64,000 bases of DNA from Alphaproteobacteria bacterium (GCA_965215305.1 OZ244041.1:2376653-2440652); one strand, 5' to 3'. Positions 10,833 through 22,583 are shown, counted from the first letter of the stretch. The notes: a model not told the origin generated them from the letters alone. Numbers and translations are program-made.

Positions 10833-11948
10833 ATGAGCGTTCGCCCATATCGTGATGTCTATCGCCGGTCTTCCCGGAAGATCCGGGTCGGGACAGTTGA
10901 TGTTGGCGGCGACGCGCCGATCAGCGTCCAGACCATGACCAACACGCCCACCGGTGATGTCGCAGCGACGATCGCGCAGGTGCGGTCGGCTGCGCTGGCC
11001 GGCGCGGATATCGTGCGCGTCTCCTGTCCGGACGAGGAAAGCACCGCCGCGCTTGCGGAAATCGTGCCGGAGGCCGGTGTGCCCATCGTCGCCGACATCC
11101 ATTTCCATTACCGCCGCGCCATCGAGGCGGCGGAGGCCGGGGCGGCCTGCCTGCGCATCAATCCAGGCAATATCGGTTCGGCCGCGCGCGTGCGCGAAGT
11201 GGTGCGGGCGGCAAAGGACCACGGCTGCTCGATGCGGATCGGGGTCAATGCCGGCAGTCTCGAGCGCCACCTGCTCGAGAAATACGGGGAGCCCTGCCCG
11301 GAGGCGCTGGTCGAGAGCGCGCTCGAACATGCCCGCATCCTGGAAGACAACGACTTCTTCGAGTTCAAGATCAGCGTCAAGGCGTCCGACATCTTTCTGG
11401 CGACGGCCGCCTATCACGGGCTTGCGGAAGTCTGCGACTATCCGCTGCATATCGGCATAACCGAGGCGGGCGGCCTGCGCACCGGGACGGTCAAGTCGGC
11501 CATCGGGCTGGGTTCGCTGCTATGGGCGGGAATCGGCGACACGGTGCGCGTCTCGCTGTCGGCGGATCCGGATGAGGAGGTCCGCGCCGGATTCGAAATC
11601 CTCAAGGCGCTCGGCCTGCGCCACCGCGGTGTGAACATCGTGTCCTGCCCGTCCTGCGCCCGGCAGCAATTCGAGGTCATCGAGACGGTATCGGTGCTGG
11701 AGGAGCGTCTCGCCCATATCACGACGCCGATGACGGTTTCGGTTATCGGCTGCGTCGTCAACGGGCCCGGCGAGGCGCGCGAAACGGATATCGGCATCAC
11801 CGGCGGCGGCAAGGGCACGCATATGGTCTATGTGGCTGGCATGCCGCATCATCGCATCCAGAACACTAATGTCGTGGATCATCTCGTTGGGCTCATTGAG
11901 GAAAAGGCCCGGGAAATCGAAGCCGAGTGGGCGCAAGAGGCGGCCTGA
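10833..11948 (+). CDS. ispG: 4-hydroxy-3-methylbut-2-en-1-yl diphosphate synthase
   Basis: [30 protein letters not shown] and GCVVNGPGE Fe-S motifs. Confidence 0.95.
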   Translation: MSVRPYRDVYRRSSRKIRVGTVDVGGDAPISVQTMTNTPTGDVAATIAQVRSAALAGADIVRVSCPDEESTAALAEIVPEAGVPIVADIHFHYRRAIEAAEAGAACLRINPGNIGSAARVREVVRAAKDHGCSMRIGVNAGSLERHLLEKYGEPCPEALVESALEHARILEDNDFFEFKISVKASDIFLATAAYHGLAEVCDYPLHIGITEAGGLRTGTVKSAIGLGSLLWAGIGDTVRVSLSADPDEEVRAGFEILKALGLRHRGVNIVSCPSCARQQFEVIETVSVLEERLAHITTPMTVSVIGCVVNGPGEARETDIGITGGGKGTHMVYVAGMPHHRIQNTNVVDHLVGLIEEKAREIEAEWAQEAA

Positions 11949-13186
11949 TGGCGAAGCTTCGTGCCGTTCGCGGCACCCAGGACCTGCTGCCGGAAGCCTG
12001 GGAGCGCCACCGCCATGTCGAGGAGACGGCGCGGCGCGTGACGGCCTTGTTCAACTATCGCAGCGTGGCGACGCCGGTCTTCGAGTTCACGGAGGTGTTC
12101 GCGCGCACGCTCGGCGAGACCTCCGATGTCGTCACCAAGGAGATGTACACCTTCGCCGACAAGGGCGGTGACAGCCTGACGCTTCGCCCGGAAAACACGG
12201 CCGGCGTGGCGCGCGCGTTCATCTCCGGCAATCTCCAGCAGCAGCTGCCGCTCAAATATTTCTACAGCGGGCCGATGTTCCGCCATGAGCGTCCGCAGAA
12301 GGGGAGGCTGCGCCAGTTCCACCAGATCGGCATCGAAGTGCTGGGAGTCGCGGGGCCGGCGGCGGATATCGAGGTCATCCAGGCGGGAGCGCATGTACTC
12401 GACGCGCTCGGGGTGCGGGATACGACTCGCCTGGAGCTGAACACGCTCGGCGACCCCGAGAGCCGGATGGCCTATCGCGAGGCGCTGGTCACCTATTTCA
12501 CCCGCCGCGAACAGGACCTTTCAGAGGAGGGGCGCAGCCGCCTGCAGCGCAATCCGCTGCGCCTGCTCGATTCGAAAGACGAGCGCGACAAGGCCGTCTC
12601 TGCGGAGGCGCCGCGCTTCGACGATTATCTGAATGCGCTTTCGGCGGAGTTCTTCGCCGAGGTCTGCGCAGGACTGGATGCGCTTGACATCGCCTATGTC
12701 CGCAATCCGCGCCTCGTGCGGGGACTGGACTATTACGGGCACACGGCCTTCGAGTTCACCACCGATGCCCTCGGCGCCCAGGGCGCGGTCATAGCCGGCG
12801 GGCGTTATGACGGCCTGGTCGCCACGATGGGCGGGCCGCCGACGCCCGGCATCGGCTGGGCGGGCGGCATCGAACGGCTGGCCATGTTGACCACCGACTA
12901 TCCCGAAGCGCCGCCGGTCGTCTCGCTCGTGCCTGTCGGGCCGGCGGCCGAGAAGCGCGCCCTGCCGCTCGCCGACGCGCTGCGGCGGTCGGGCGTCGCT
13001 GTGGATCTGGGCATGTCGGGAAACCTCAAGCGCCGCATGCAGCAGGCGAACCGCGCCGGCGCCAGGGTGGCGGTGCTGCTGGGCGACGACGAAATCGCCA
13101 GGAACGTTGCGACCGTTCGCGACATGGAGAGCGGCGAGCAGCGTGAAGTCCCGATAGACCGGTTGGCGGCCGCGCTGGCTTCATGA
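11948..13186 (+). CDS. hisS: histidine--tRNA ligase
   Basis: [29 protein letters not shown] class II motifs; ATG overlaps ispG stop by 1 nt. Confidence 0.95.
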   Translation: MAKLRAVRGTQDLLPEAWERHRHVEETARRVTALFNYRSVATPVFEFTEVFARTLGETSDVVTKEMYTFADKGGDSLTLRPENTAGVARAFISGNLQQQLPLKYFYSGPMFRHERPQKGRLRQFHQIGIEVLGVAGPAADIEVIQAGAHVLDALGVRDTTRLELNTLGDPESRMAYREALVTYFTRREQDLSEEGRSRLQRNPLRLLDSKDERDKAVSAEAPRFDDYLNALSAEFFAEVCAGLDALDIAYVRNPRLVRGLDYYGHTAFEFTTDALGAQGAVIAGGRYDGLVATMGGPPTPGIGWAGGIERLAMLTTDYPEAPPVVSLVPVGPAAEKRALPLADALRRSGVAVDLGMSGNLKRRMQQANRAGARVAVLLGDDEIARNVATVRDMESGEQREVPIDRLAAALAS

Positions 13187-14241
13187 GCCTCGACGACAAG
13201 CTCGACGCCATTCTCGCCCGCCACGAGGAGATCGGCGCGCGCCTCTCGACGGGCGAGGTGCCGTCCGGCGAACTCGCTATCCTGTCGAAGGAATATTCGG
13301 ACCTCTCGATCGTCGCAGCCGCGATCGGGGTGCGTCGGGAACTGGAGCGCGAGGCCGGCGATCTCGAGGCGATGCTGGAAGACGACGAACTCGGCGAGCT
13401 GGCGGCGGCGGAATTGTCCGGGCTTCGCGACCGGCTGGCAGAGGCGGAGCGCGCCTTGCAGGTGCTGCTGCTGCCGCGCGACGAAGCGGATGAGCGCAGC
13501 GCCATTGTCGAGGTGCGCGCCGGCACGGGCGGCGACGAGGCGGCGCTCTTCGCCGGCGACCTGCTGGCGATGTATCGCCGTTATGCGGAGTTGCGGCGCT
13601 GGAAGGTGGAGATGTTGTCGCTGTCGCAAACGCCGCTCGGCGGCTGCAAGGAAGCGGTGATGGCGGTGGCGGGCAAGGAGGTGTTTGCGCGTCTGAAATA
13701 CGAGTCGGGCACGCATCGCGTTCAGCGGGTGCCGGAGACTGAGAGCCAGGGCCGGATTCATACCTCCGCCGCCACCGTGGCGGTGCTGCCGGAGGCGGAA
13801 GAGGTCGATGTGCAGATCGACGAGAAAGACCTGAAGGTCGATACTTACCGCGCCCAGGGTGCCGGCGGGCAGCATGTCAACACAACCGATTCGGCCGTCA
13901 GAATCACCCATCTGCCGACCGGCATCGTCGTGCAGCAACAGGACGAGAAGTCCCAGCACAAGAACCGCGCGCGGGCGATGAAGGTGCTGCGCGCCCGCCT
14001 CTATGAGCATGAGCGCACCCAGGCCGAAGCCGAACGGGCGGCGGAACGGCGCAGCCAGGTCGGCACCGGCGATCGTTCGCAGCGCATTCGCACCTACAAC
14101 TTTCCCCAGGGCCGGGTGACCGACCACCGCATCAACCTCACGCTCTACAAGCTCGACCGGGTCATCCAGGGCGAATTGGACGAACTCATCGAGGCGCTTG
14201 CGGCCGAGGACGAAGCGGCCCGCATTGCGCAATTGTCGTGA
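13183..14241 (+). CDS. prfA: peptide chain release factor 1
   Basis: GGQ motif ([26 protein letters not shown]) and PxT-type decoding region; ATGA overlap with hisS. Confidence 0.95.
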   Translation: MSLDDKLDAILARHEEIGARLSTGEVPSGELAILSKEYSDLSIVAAAIGVRRELEREAGDLEAMLEDDELGELAAAELSGLRDRLAEAERALQVLLLPRDEADERSAIVEVRAGTGGDEAALFAGDLLAMYRRYAELRRWKVEMLSLSQTPLGGCKEAVMAVAGKEVFARLKYESGTHRVQRVPETESQGRIHTSAATVAVLPEAEEVDVQIDEKDLKVDTYRAQGAGGQHVNTTDSAVRITHLPTGIVVQQQDEKSQHKNRARAMKVLRARLYEHERTQAEAERAAERRSQVGTGDRSQRIRTYNFPQGRVTDHRINLTLYKLDRVIQGELDELIEALAAEDEAARIAQLS

Positions 14242-15050
14242 GCGCCGCCGGGCGGGTCCGGTTGGCGGCGTTGGCCGAGCGGCTGGCGGCGGCCGGCATC
14301 GATGAGCCCCGGCGCGAATTGCGGCTGCTCCATATCGAGGCGGGCGGCGCAGCCTCGCTCGCAGAGTGGCCCGACCACCCGCATCCCTGCCTGGAGGCCC
14401 TGACCGCCCGACGCGCGGCCCGCGAGCCCCTCTCCCGCATCGTTGGCCGGCGGGAGTTCTGGAGCCGCGATTTCCTGCTGACACCGGAGGTCTTCGACCC
14501 CCGCCCGGACAGCGAAACGGTGGTGGAAGCGGCGCTGGCCGCCATGCCGTCCTTTCGCACCGTGCTGGACCTCGGCACGGGCAGCGGTTGCCTGCTGGCG
14601 GCGTTGCTGACCGAACGGCCGGAAGCGCGGGGGCTCGGCATCGACCGTTCGCCGGGCGCCTGCCGGGCGGCGCGCCGGAACCTGGAGGGCCTGCCGGCCG
14701 CCGTCGCGGCCGGGGACTGGGGGGGCGCGGTGGGAGGCCGGTTCGACCTCGTGGTCTCGAACCCGCCCTATATTCCGGGCGCAGACATCGCGGCGCTCAT
14801 GCCGGAAGTGCGCGACCACGACCCCCGGCTCGCGCTCGACGGCGGTGCGGACGGGCTCGACGCTTACCGCGCCATTCTGTGCGATCTTCCGCGCCTGCTT
14901 GCTCCCGGCGGGGTTGCGGTGCTGGAACTGGGTTTCGGGCAGGCGGAAGCCGTTGCCGCGCTTGCCGGAGCGCAAGGGCTTCGCGTGCGGGATGTCCGGG
15001 CCGACCTTGGCGGGATTCCCCGTGCCATGGTGCTTGGATCGCGGCTATGA
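14238..15050 (+). CDS. prmC: release-factor glutamine N5-methyltransferase
   Basis: GTG start overlapping prfA stop; [14 protein letters not shown] motif and catalytic NPPY ([10 protein letters not shown]). Confidence 0.9.
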   Translation: MSAAGRVRLAALAERLAAAGIDEPRRELRLLHIEAGGAASLAEWPDHPHPCLEALTARRAAREPLSRIVGRREFWSRDFLLTPEVFDPRPDSETVVEAALAAMPSFRTVLDLGTGSGCLLAALLTERPEARGLGIDRSPGACRAARRNLEGLPAAVAAGDWGGAVGGRFDLVVSNPPYIPGADIAALMPEVRDHDPRLALDGGADGLDAYRAILCDLPRLLAPGGVAVLELGFGQAEAVAALAGAQGLRVRDVRADLGGIPRAMVLGSRL

Positions 15051-15060
15051 TCGGCTGACC

Positions 15061-16200
15061 ATGGATTTCTCCCTTTCGGAAGACCAGCAGGCATTTCAGG
15101 ACGCCGCCCGACGCTTCGCCGAGGAGGTGTTCACGCCCAATGCCGCGCGTTGGGATGCGGAGTGCATCTTTCCGAAAGCCGAATTGCGCGAGGCGGCAGC
15201 GCTCGGCTTCGGCGGCCTCTATGTGCGCGAGGATGTCGGCGGCTCGGGCCTGGCGCGAACCGACGCCGCGGTCGTGTTCGAGGAACTGGCCGCCGGCTGC
15301 ACCTCCACGGCTGCCTATATCTCGATCCACAATATGGCCGCCTGGATGGTCGACCGCTTCGGCGATGCCGCGCTGCGCAAACGCATGTTGCCGAAGCTGT
15401 GCTCGATGGAGATGCTGGCGAGCTATGCACTGACCGAGCCCGGCGCCGGGTCCGACGCGGCGGCGCTCACCACCCGCGCCGAGCGGGACGGCGGCGACTA
15501 TATCCTGAACGGTTCCAAGGCCTTCATCTCCGGCGCGTCGCAGACCGATGTCATCGTCTGCATGGTGCGCACGGGCGGCGAAGGGCCGAACGGCATCACC
15601 TGCCTCGCGATCGAGGCCGATTCGCCAGGCCTGTCCTATGGCGGGCAGGAAAAGAAGCTCGGCTGGAACTCGCAGCCGACCGCCATGGTGCTGTTCGACG
15701 ATTGCCGGGTGCCTGTAGCAAACCGGGTCGGCAATGAGGGCGACGGCTTCAGGATCGCCATGGCGGGCCTGGACGGAGGCCGGATCAATATCGCCGCCTG
15801 CTCCATTGGCGCGGCGCGGGCCTCGATGGAGGTGGCGGCCGGCCATATGGGCGAGCGCAAGGCCTTCGGGCGGCCGCTCGCCGATTTCCAGGCCCTGCAA
15901 TTCAAGCTGGCGGACATGGCGACCGATCTGGATGCCGCCCGGCTGATGACCTGGCGCGCAGCGGCGGCGCTCGACGCCGGGGACCCGGACGCCACCCGCT
16001 ATTGCGCCATGGCAAAGCGGTTCGCCACGGATGCCGGTTTCGAGATCTGCAATGCGGCGCTGCAGCTCCACGGCGGCTACGGCTATCTCAAAGACTATCC
16101 GCTGGAGCGCTTCCTGCGCGATACGCGGGTCCATCAGATCCTCGAAGGCACCAATGAGATCATGCGCCTGATAATCGCGCGCAAGCTGCTGGAGCGATGA
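15061..16200 (+). CDS. acyl-CoA dehydrogenase (isobutyryl-CoA dehydrogenase-like)
   Basis: [12 protein letters not shown]..., [29 protein letters not shown] signatures; context with hydrolase and mmsB. Confidence 0.85.
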   Translation: MDFSLSEDQQAFQDAARRFAEEVFTPNAARWDAECIFPKAELREAAALGFGGLYVREDVGGSGLARTDAAVVFEELAAGCTSTAAYISIHNMAAWMVDRFGDAALRKRMLPKLCSMEMLASYALTEPGAGSDAAALTTRAERDGGDYILNGSKAFISGASQTDVIVCMVRTGGEGPNGITCLAIEADSPGLSYGGQEKKLGWNSQPTAMVLFDDCRVPVANRVGNEGDGFRIAMAGLDGGRINIAACSIGAARASMEVAAGHMGERKAFGRPLADFQALQFKLADMATDLDAARLMTWRAAAALDAGDPDATRYCAMAKRFATDAGFEICNAALQLHGGYGYLKDYPLERFLRDTRVHQILEGTNEIMRLIIARKLLER

Positions 16201-17288
16201 AAGACGACATTGTGTTCGACCGGACGGGCGGGCTGGGCCTTGCCTTGCTCAACCGCCCGAAGGCGCTGAATGCGCTCACCCTGGAAATGGTGGACGCCTT
16301 CGACCGGCAATTGCTGGCCTGGACGGAGGACGAGGCGGTCCGCGCCGTGGTCGTGGAAGGTGCGGGCGAGCGCGCCTTCGCCGCCGGCGGCGATATCCAG
16401 CGGCTTTGCGAGGCGGGCCGGGCGGGCGATCCCTATACCAGCACGTTCTTCTGGGACGAATACATTCTCGACTGGCGGGTCTTCCATTATCCGAAGCCCT
16501 ATGTCGCGCTCATCGACGGCATCGTCATGGGCGGCGGCGTGGGTGTGTCCGTGCTGGGCTCGCACCGCGTGGCGACGGAACGCACGGTATTCGCCATGCC
16601 GGAAACCGGCATCGGCTTTTTCCCCGATGTCGGCGCGACATGGTTCCTGCCGCGCCTGCCCGGAAAGCTCGGGCTCTATCTCGCCATGACGGGCGCCCGG
16701 CTCGGCGGGGCGGACAGCTACCACGCCGGCATCGCGACCCATTATGTGCCGAGCACACGGCTGCAGGCGTTGAAGGCCGCGCTCGCCGCCGCCCCGCTCG
16801 ACGGGGAGGATATCGAGGTCAATCACGCCGAGGTGAGCGTGGTGCTGGACCGTTTCTCCGAAAATCCCGGGCCCCCGCCGATCGCGCAGGTCCGGCCCGC
16901 GATGGAGCGCTGCTTTTCGCAAGCGTCGGTGGAGGCGGTGCTGGAGGCGCTGGAAAGAGAGGGCGGCGCCTGGGCGGAAAAGACCCGCAAGGCCATGCTG
17001 GCCAAGGCGCCGACGTCTCTCAAGGTGGCGTTCGAGCAATACCGGCGCGGCGGCGCCCTCGACTTCGACGCCGCGCTTGCGCTGGAATACCGCATGTCGC
17101 AGGCCTTCATGCGGGAGCACGATTTCTTCGAGGGCGTCCGCGCGCTCATCCTCGACAAGGACAACCGCCCCGCCTGGCGGCCGGCGGCGCTTTCCGAGGT
17201 GACGGCGAAGGCGGTCGCAGGCTATCTCTCCCCGGCGGACGAGGAGCTCGTATTCGACAATCCCGTCCGCCGCTTCGTCCGGACATGA
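16197..17288 (+). CDS. 3-hydroxyisobutyryl-CoA hydrolase (crotonase superfamily)
   Basis: [43 protein letters not shown] motifs; ATGA overlap with upstream gene. Confidence 0.8.
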   Translation: MKDDIVFDRTGGLGLALLNRPKALNALTLEMVDAFDRQLLAWTEDEAVRAVVVEGAGERAFAAGGDIQRLCEAGRAGDPYTSTFFWDEYILDWRVFHYPKPYVALIDGIVMGGGVGVSVLGSHRVATERTVFAMPETGIGFFPDVGATWFLPRLPGKLGLYLAMTGARLGGADSYHAGIATHYVPSTRLQALKAALAAAPLDGEDIEVNHAEVSVVLDRFSENPGPPPIAQVRPAMERCFSQASVEAVLEALEREGGAWAEKTRKAMLAKAPTSLKVAFEQYRRGGALDFDAALALEYRMSQAFMREHDFFEGVRALILDKDNRPAWRPAALSEVTAKAVAGYLSPADEELVFDNPVRRFVRT

Positions 17289-17300
17289 GGAGCTGACGCA

Positions 17301-18191
17301 ATGGCGCGGATCGCATTTATCGGGGTCGGCAATATGGGCGACCCGATGGCGCGCAACCTGATGAAGGCCCAGCACGCCGTGGTCGCCTACGACCCGGTCG
17401 AGGCGGCGCTCGCCGATGTCGTCGAGGCGGGCGCTTCGCAGGCGGCGTCGGCGGCGGAGGCGGTCGAAGGCGCGGACGCGGTGGTGACCATGGTCCCGGC
17501 GGGGCCGGAGGTGCGCGCAGTCTATCTCGGCGCGGGCGAAGTGCTGGCGGCGGCGAAGCCCGGAACCCTGCTGATCGACTGCTCGACTATCGACGTCGCG
17601 ACAGCGCGCGATGTGGCGGCCGCCGCCGCGGAGCGGGGTCTGGAAATGGTCGATGCGCCGGTCTCGGGCGGCACGGGCGGGGCTATCGCCGGCACGCTCA
17701 CCTTCATGGTCGGCGGTCCGGAGGCGGCATTCGGCAAGGCGAAGCCGATCCTGGAGCATATGGGCGCGCGAATCGTCCATTGCGGACCCGCGGGTAACGG
17801 CCAGGCGGCCAAGATCTGCAACAACATGATGCTGGCGATCAACATGCTGGGCGTCGCCGAGGGATTCACGCTCGCAGACAATCTGGGGCTCGACCGACAG
17901 ACGCTGTTCGATGTCGTGGCCAATTCCTCCGGCCAGAGTTGGGCGATCAGTAATCAGTGTCCGGTGCCGGGTCCGGTGCCGGCCTCGCCCGCAAACAACG
18001 GCTTCCGCCCGGGCTTCACTGCCGACATGATGGTGAAGGACCTGCGCCTCGCCAGGGACGCCGCGATGAAGAGCGGCACCGGCACGCCGATGGGCGCGTT
18101 GGCTGAAGCGCTGATGGCGCTGCATGTGTCCGCAGGCAACGGACCGCGCGACTTCTCCTCGATCATCGAGACCATCCGCGCCAGCGGCTGA
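17301..18191 (+). CDS. mmsB: 3-hydroxyisobutyrate dehydrogenase
   Basis: IAFIGVGNMGDPMARNL Rossmann motif, DAPVSGG, KICNNMML; SD GAGGAG upstream. Confidence 0.85.
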   Translation: MARIAFIGVGNMGDPMARNLMKAQHAVVAYDPVEAALADVVEAGASQAASAAEAVEGADAVVTMVPAGPEVRAVYLGAGEVLAAAKPGTLLIDCSTIDVATARDVAAAAAERGLEMVDAPVSGGTGGAIAGTLTFMVGGPEAAFGKAKPILEHMGARIVHCGPAGNGQAAKICNNMMLAINMLGVAEGFTLADNLGLDRQTLFDVVANSSGQSWAISNQCPVPGPVPASPANNGFRPGFTADMMVKDLRLARDAAMKSGTGTPMGALAEALMALHVSAGNGPRDFSSIIETIRASG

Positions 18192-18212
18192 CCGGCGGTC
18201 CCGAGAGAGGCG

Positions 18213-19319
18213 ATGAAGACGGTCGTCAACAGCTGGAATGAGTGGGACCCGCTGCGCCATGTGATCGTCGGGCGGGCGGATGGCTGCTGCATCCCGCCGC
18301 CGGAGCCGGCGAGTGACCCGAAAATCCCGCTGGACAGCGATATGCGCGGCGTTCACGGGCCCCGGTCGCAGGAGACGGTGGACCGCGCCAATGAGCAGCT
18401 GGACGCCTTCGCCGCCATGCTGGAGGCGCGCGGCATCCGGGTGGACCGCCCGGACCCCATAGACTTCAACCGGCCTGTCGGGACGCCGGACTGGAGCCAC
18501 GGCTCGATGTTCGGCTGCCAGCCGCCGCGCGACGTGCTGCTGACGGTCGGCTCCGAGATGCTCGAAGCGACCATGTCCTACCGCTCGCGCTGGTTCGAAT
18601 ATCTCTGCTACCGGCCGCTGCTGAAGCGCTTTTGGGACGACGACCCGAACATGCGCCATGAGGCGGCGCCCAAGCCCCGGCTGACGGACGCCTCCTACAA
18701 GCCGGATTATCTCTCGGACGACATCACCATCGAGGAACGACTGGAGATGGTGGTGGCAAAGGATTTCGTCACCACGGAGGTGGAGCCGCTGTTCGACGCG
18801 GCCGACGTGCTGCGCTTCGGGCGTGACCTGTTCGTGCAGCACGGCTTCACGACTAACCTGACCGGCATCGAATGGCTCGGCCGGCATTTCCCGGACCACC
18901 GCGTCCATGCGCTTAACTTTCCCGGCGACCCCTATCCCATCCATATCGACGCGAGCTTCACGCCGCTCCGGCCTGGCCTGATTCTGAACAATCCGGAGCG
19001 CCGTCTGCCGGAGGATCAGCGCGAGATTTTCAACCGCAATGGCTGGGAGATCGTCGACGCCGCGCGCCCGGCGCATAACAGCCCGCCGCCGCTCTGCTAT
19101 TCGAGTGTCTGGCTGTCGATGAATGTGCTGGTGCTGGACCCGAAAACGGTCTGCGTCGAGGCGAGCGAAGTGCACCAGATGGACCAGATCGACAAGCTCG
19201 GCCTCGAGGTCGTGCCGGTACCGTTCCGCGACGCCTATGCCTTCGGCGGCGGTCTCCACTGCGCGACGGCGGATGTGCGCCGCGACGGCGGCTGCGAGGA
19301 CTACTTCCCGAAGGGCTGA
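18213..19319 (+). CDS. amidinotransferase, glycine amidinotransferase (AGAT/StrB1) family
   Basis: Collinear resemblance to vertebrate AGAT as recalled: NEWDPL..VIVGRA, RPDPID, PRD.L..VG.E..EA.M..RSR.FEY, FVTTE.EP.FDAAD, active-site GGGLHCATADVRR. Confidence 0.85.
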   Translation: MKTVVNSWNEWDPLRHVIVGRADGCCIPPPEPASDPKIPLDSDMRGVHGPRSQETVDRANEQLDAFAAMLEARGIRVDRPDPIDFNRPVGTPDWSHGSMFGCQPPRDVLLTVGSEMLEATMSYRSRWFEYLCYRPLLKRFWDDDPNMRHEAAPKPRLTDASYKPDYLSDDITIEERLEMVVAKDFVTTEVEPLFDAADVLRFGRDLFVQHGFTTNLTGIEWLGRHFPDHRVHALNFPGDPYPIHIDASFTPLRPGLILNNPERRLPEDQREIFNRNGWEIVDAARPAHNSPPPLCYSSVWLSMNVLVLDPKTVCVEASEVHQMDQIDKLGLEVVPVPFRDAYAFGGGLHCATADVRRDGGCEDYFPKG

Positions 19320-19415
19320 CGCCGGGGCGGTGGCGGCTTCCGCGACTCGCAGCCGCGTTGAATGCGGCGGCGCAAGGCCTAGGTTCCACGCATCCGCCGG
19401 ACAGTGCGAGATGCG

Positions 19416-20567
19416 ATGAAACCGACCGTTCGCCCCGCCAATCCGAACTTCTCCTCGGGACCCTGCACCAAGCGCCCGGGCTGGACTCCGGCCGTTCTCG
19501 CAGGCGCCGTTGTCGGACGTTCCCACCGCTCCGCGCCCGGCAAGGCCAAGCTGGCGGAGGTCATCGACAGGAGCCGGCGGCTGCTCGGCATGCCGGAGGA
19601 CTGGCGGCTTGCGATTGTGCCCGCCTCCGATACCGGCGCCGTCGAGATCGCCCTCTGGTCCCTGCTCGGCGCGCGCGGGGTCGATGTGCTGGCGTGGGAG
19701 AGTTTCGGCGCGAGCTGGGCGCTGGATGTCCGGAGCCATCTCGGCATCGAGGATGTGCGTCTGCTCGAAGCGGGATACGGCGCCCTGCCGGATCTGTCGG
19801 AGGCGGACTCCGACCGGGACCTCGTTTTTGTGTGGAACGGCACTACATCGGGCGTGTGCCTGCCTCATGGCGAGTGGATCGCCGAAGACCGCCGCGGCCT
19901 CGCGATCTGCGATGCCACCTCCGCAGTTTTTGGTATGGACATGCCCTGGTCCCGGCTGGATGTCGTCACCTGGTCCTGGCAGAAGGCCATCGGCGGGGAA
20001 GGGGCGCACGGCATGTTGGCGCTCGGCCCGCGCGCCGTCGAGCGATTGCGTACATATACGCCCCCGCGCGCCCTGCCGAAGGTCTTCCGGCTGACGTGGA
20101 ACGGCGCGCTGATCGATGGCGTGTTTCGCGGCGAAACGCTGAACACACCATCCATGCTGTGCGTGGAAGATGCGCTCGATGCGCTGGCCTGGGTCGAGAG
20201 CATCGGCGGTCTTGCCGGTTCCCTTGCGCGGACGCGGGCTAATGCCGCTGTTATCGAGGAATGGGCAGCCCGGACTGACTGGATCGACTTCCTCGCGCGG
20301 GATCCGGCAGCGCGTTCGCCGACTTCGGTTTGCCTCGCCTTTAGCGATCCGAGGGTCGCGGGCCTGCCCGAGGACCGGCGGAGGGCCTTCGTGCAGGCGT
20401 TTGCGGCGCGGCTCGACGCCGAGGATGCAGCGCGCGACATCGCCAACCATCGCGACGCGCCGCCGAGCCTGCGTATCTGGGCGGGCCCCACGGTCGAGCA
20501 TAGTGACCTGGAGGCGCTTATGCCCTGGCTCGACTGGGCCTTCGGGGCCGAAGTCGGGACGCTCTGA
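19416..20567 (+). CDS. serC: phosphoserine aminotransferase (long alphaproteobacterial form)
   Basis: MKPTVRPANPNFSSGPCTKRPGW N-terminus; ATG at 19416 preferred over the GTG at 19404 used by the ORF track. Confidence 0.9.
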   Translation: MKPTVRPANPNFSSGPCTKRPGWTPAVLAGAVVGRSHRSAPGKAKLAEVIDRSRRLLGMPEDWRLAIVPASDTGAVEIALWSLLGARGVDVLAWESFGASWALDVRSHLGIEDVRLLEAGYGALPDLSEADSDRDLVFVWNGTTSGVCLPHGEWIAEDRRGLAICDATSAVFGMDMPWSRLDVVTWSWQKAIGGEGAHGMLALGPRAVERLRTYTPPRALPKVFRLTWNGALIDGVFRGETLNTPSMLCVEDALDALAWVESIGGLAGSLARTRANAAVIEEWAARTDWIDFLARDPAARSPTSVCLAFSDPRVAGLPEDRRRAFVQAFAARLDAEDAARDIANHRDAPPSLRIWAGPTVEHSDLEALMPWLDWAFGAEVGTL

Positions 20568-20575
20568 GCGCGCCG

Positions 20576-22153
20576 ATGAAGAAGGTACTGATTGCCGACC
20601 GTCTGAGTGCCCGCGCCGGGGAAATCCTCCGCGCGGCCGGCCTGGATGTCGAGGAAGCGCCGGGCCTGGCGCCGGAAGCACTGGCGGCGCGGATGCCGGG
20701 CGTCCATGGCCTGGCGGTGCGTTCCGCCACAGAGGTTACAGCCGAACTGCTCGACAATTCGCCCGACCTGGAGGTTGTGGGCCGCGCCGGCATCGGCGTG
20801 GACAATATCGACATCCCGGCGGCGACAGGGCGCGGCGTGGTCGTGATGAACACGCCATACGGCAACACGGTGACAACCGCCGAGCATGCAATTGCGCTGC
20901 TGTTTGCGCTTGTGCGCCAGATACCGGCGGCTGACCGCTCGACCCAGGCTGGCAAGTGGGAGAAGTCCCGCTTCATGGGCAGCGAGATTGCGGGCAAGAC
21001 GCTCGGCGTCATCGGCTGCGGCAATGTCGGCGCCGCGGTCTGCCAGCGGGCGCGCGGTCTGGCGATGCGGGTGCTGGTCTTCGATCCCTTCGTCTCGGAG
21101 GGCCGGGCGCGGGACCTGGGCGCCGCCAAGGTGGACCTGGAGGCGCTCTTCGCCGAAGCCGACTTCATCACTCTGCACACGCCGCTGACCACCCGCACGC
21201 GCGGCATGATCGATGCGGACGCGATTGCCCGAATGAAGCCAGGGGTGCGCCTTCTCAATTGCGCGCGCGGCGGGCTCGTCGTCGAGGCGGACCTCGCGGC
21301 GGCGCTGGATAGCGGCCATGTGGCCGGCGCGGCCTTCGATGTCTTCGAGGTCGAGCCGGCGGAGGAGAACGCGCTGTTCGGCCGGGATAATGTCGTGGCC
21401 ACACCCCATGTCGGGGCGTCCACCGAGGAAGCGCAGGAGAATGTGGCGGTCGAGGTGGCGGAGCAGATCGCGGCCTTCCTCGATACCGGCGCGGTGGTCA
21501 ATGCCCTCAACGCGCCCTCCGTTACAGCCGAGGAGGCGCCGAGGCTCAAGCCCTATATGGGGCTCGCGGACGCGCTTGGCCGCTTTGTCGGGCAGATCTG
21601 CGACGATGCGATCACCGGCGTCGACATTGCCTGGCAGGGCGATGTGGCGCAGTTGAATACGCGCCCGCTCTCCGGCCTCGTGCTGCAGGGCGTGCTTTCG
21701 AGCCAGCTCGATTCGGTCAATATGGTGAACGCGCCGGTCATCGCCCGCGAAAGGGGAATCGAGCTTCGCGAGACCTCAACGGGCAAAGCGGACGGTTACC
21801 GCACCCTGATCGAGGTTCGGGCTGCGATGGGCGCGCGCAGCCGCGTCGTCGCCGGCACGCTGTTCGGGGACCGGCTCAGGCTGGTGAGGGTGCAGGACAT
21901 CCATTTCGAGGCGGCCTTCGGCCGGATCATGCTCTTCGTGCGGAACCATGACCGACCGGGTGTGATCGGCAAGATCGGCACCATCCTGGGCGAAGAAGGC
22001 GTCAATATCGCAAATTTCCACCTTGGGCGCCCGGCGTCCGGCGGGCATGCGCTTGCGCTGATCGAGATCGACGACGACTGTCCGGAGCGCGTGCTGGAGC
22101 GCCTCGCCGCTCTCCCGGACACCATCGCCCGCCCCCTGGTCCTCCGGTTTTGA
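20576..22153 (+). CDS. serA: D-3-phosphoglycerate dehydrogenase (long form with ASB and ACT domains)
   Basis: GKTLGVIGCGNVGAAV NAD motif, HTPLT, NCARGGLV, ATPHVGAST, C-terminal ACT (NHDRPGVIGKIGTILGEEGVNIA). Confidence 0.95.
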   Translation: MKKVLIADRLSARAGEILRAAGLDVEEAPGLAPEALAARMPGVHGLAVRSATEVTAELLDNSPDLEVVGRAGIGVDNIDIPAATGRGVVVMNTPYGNTVTTAEHAIALLFALVRQIPAADRSTQAGKWEKSRFMGSEIAGKTLGVIGCGNVGAAVCQRARGLAMRVLVFDPFVSEGRARDLGAAKVDLEALFAEADFITLHTPLTTRTRGMIDADAIARMKPGVRLLNCARGGLVVEADLAAALDSGHVAGAAFDVFEVEPAEENALFGRDNVVATPHVGASTEEAQENVAVEVAEQIAAFLDTGAVVNALNAPSVTAEEAPRLKPYMGLADALGRFVGQICDDAITGVDIAWQGDVAQLNTRPLSGLVLQGVLSSQLDSVNMVNAPVIARERGIELRETSTGKADGYRTLIEVRAAMGARSRVVAGTLFGDRLRLVRVQDIHFEAAFGRIMLFVRNHDRPGVIGKIGTILGEEGVNIANFHLGRPASGGHALALIEIDDDCPERVLERLAALPDTIARPLVLRF

Positions 22154-22366
22154 GCGGGAAGGTCCTGCGTGCAACATTCCGGCCAAACCGTGTAGCCTTG
22201 GGGCGACGAAAGTTTCCGCCGGGGACTCGATGGAGCGGATGCGAACATTATCGAACGACCGGGACCGGGGCGAGACCGGGGCAGCGCCGCCCGAAGACGA
22301 GCCTGTAGCCGACGCCGATTTCGACGCCTGGGTCAGGACTCTGCGCCGGAGCCGTTTCGATGCCTG

Positions 22367-22583
22367 CTAGAGCGAATTCCGGTCGGATTACGCCGTATCC
22401 CGGATTGAACCAAAAATCGTCACCCCGGCCCCCGAGCCAGGGTCCCTCTCCCGGCCTTCGTGGTGGACGGCAACGGCAGAGTTCGGCCCCGATGGCGGGG
22501 GGGACGGGGCGACAGAAGGGATGCAAGATCGCCGCCTATATGCCGAACGACAGCCAGTTCGGCCGGTTTGAATCCCGCTCTAG
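22367..22583. repeat. ~217-bp intergenic element bounded by imperfect CTAGAGCG..ATTC terminal inverted repeats
   Basis: Left end CTAGAGCGAATTCCGG (22367-) and right end CCGGTTTGAATCCCGCTCTAG (-22583) are near reverse complements; interior has a GTCACCCCGG-type motif like the valS-distal REPs. Confidence 0.35.

Noticed and set aside
16134-20681. 1515-aa ORF on the minus strand, the longest in the track
   Set aside because: It is antisense to five well-supported plus-strand genes (hydrolase, mmsB, amidinotransferase, serC, start of serA). Its Arg/Gly/Pro/Ala-rich composition has no recognisable motifs. It is a typical stop-poor antisense frame in high-GC DNA.
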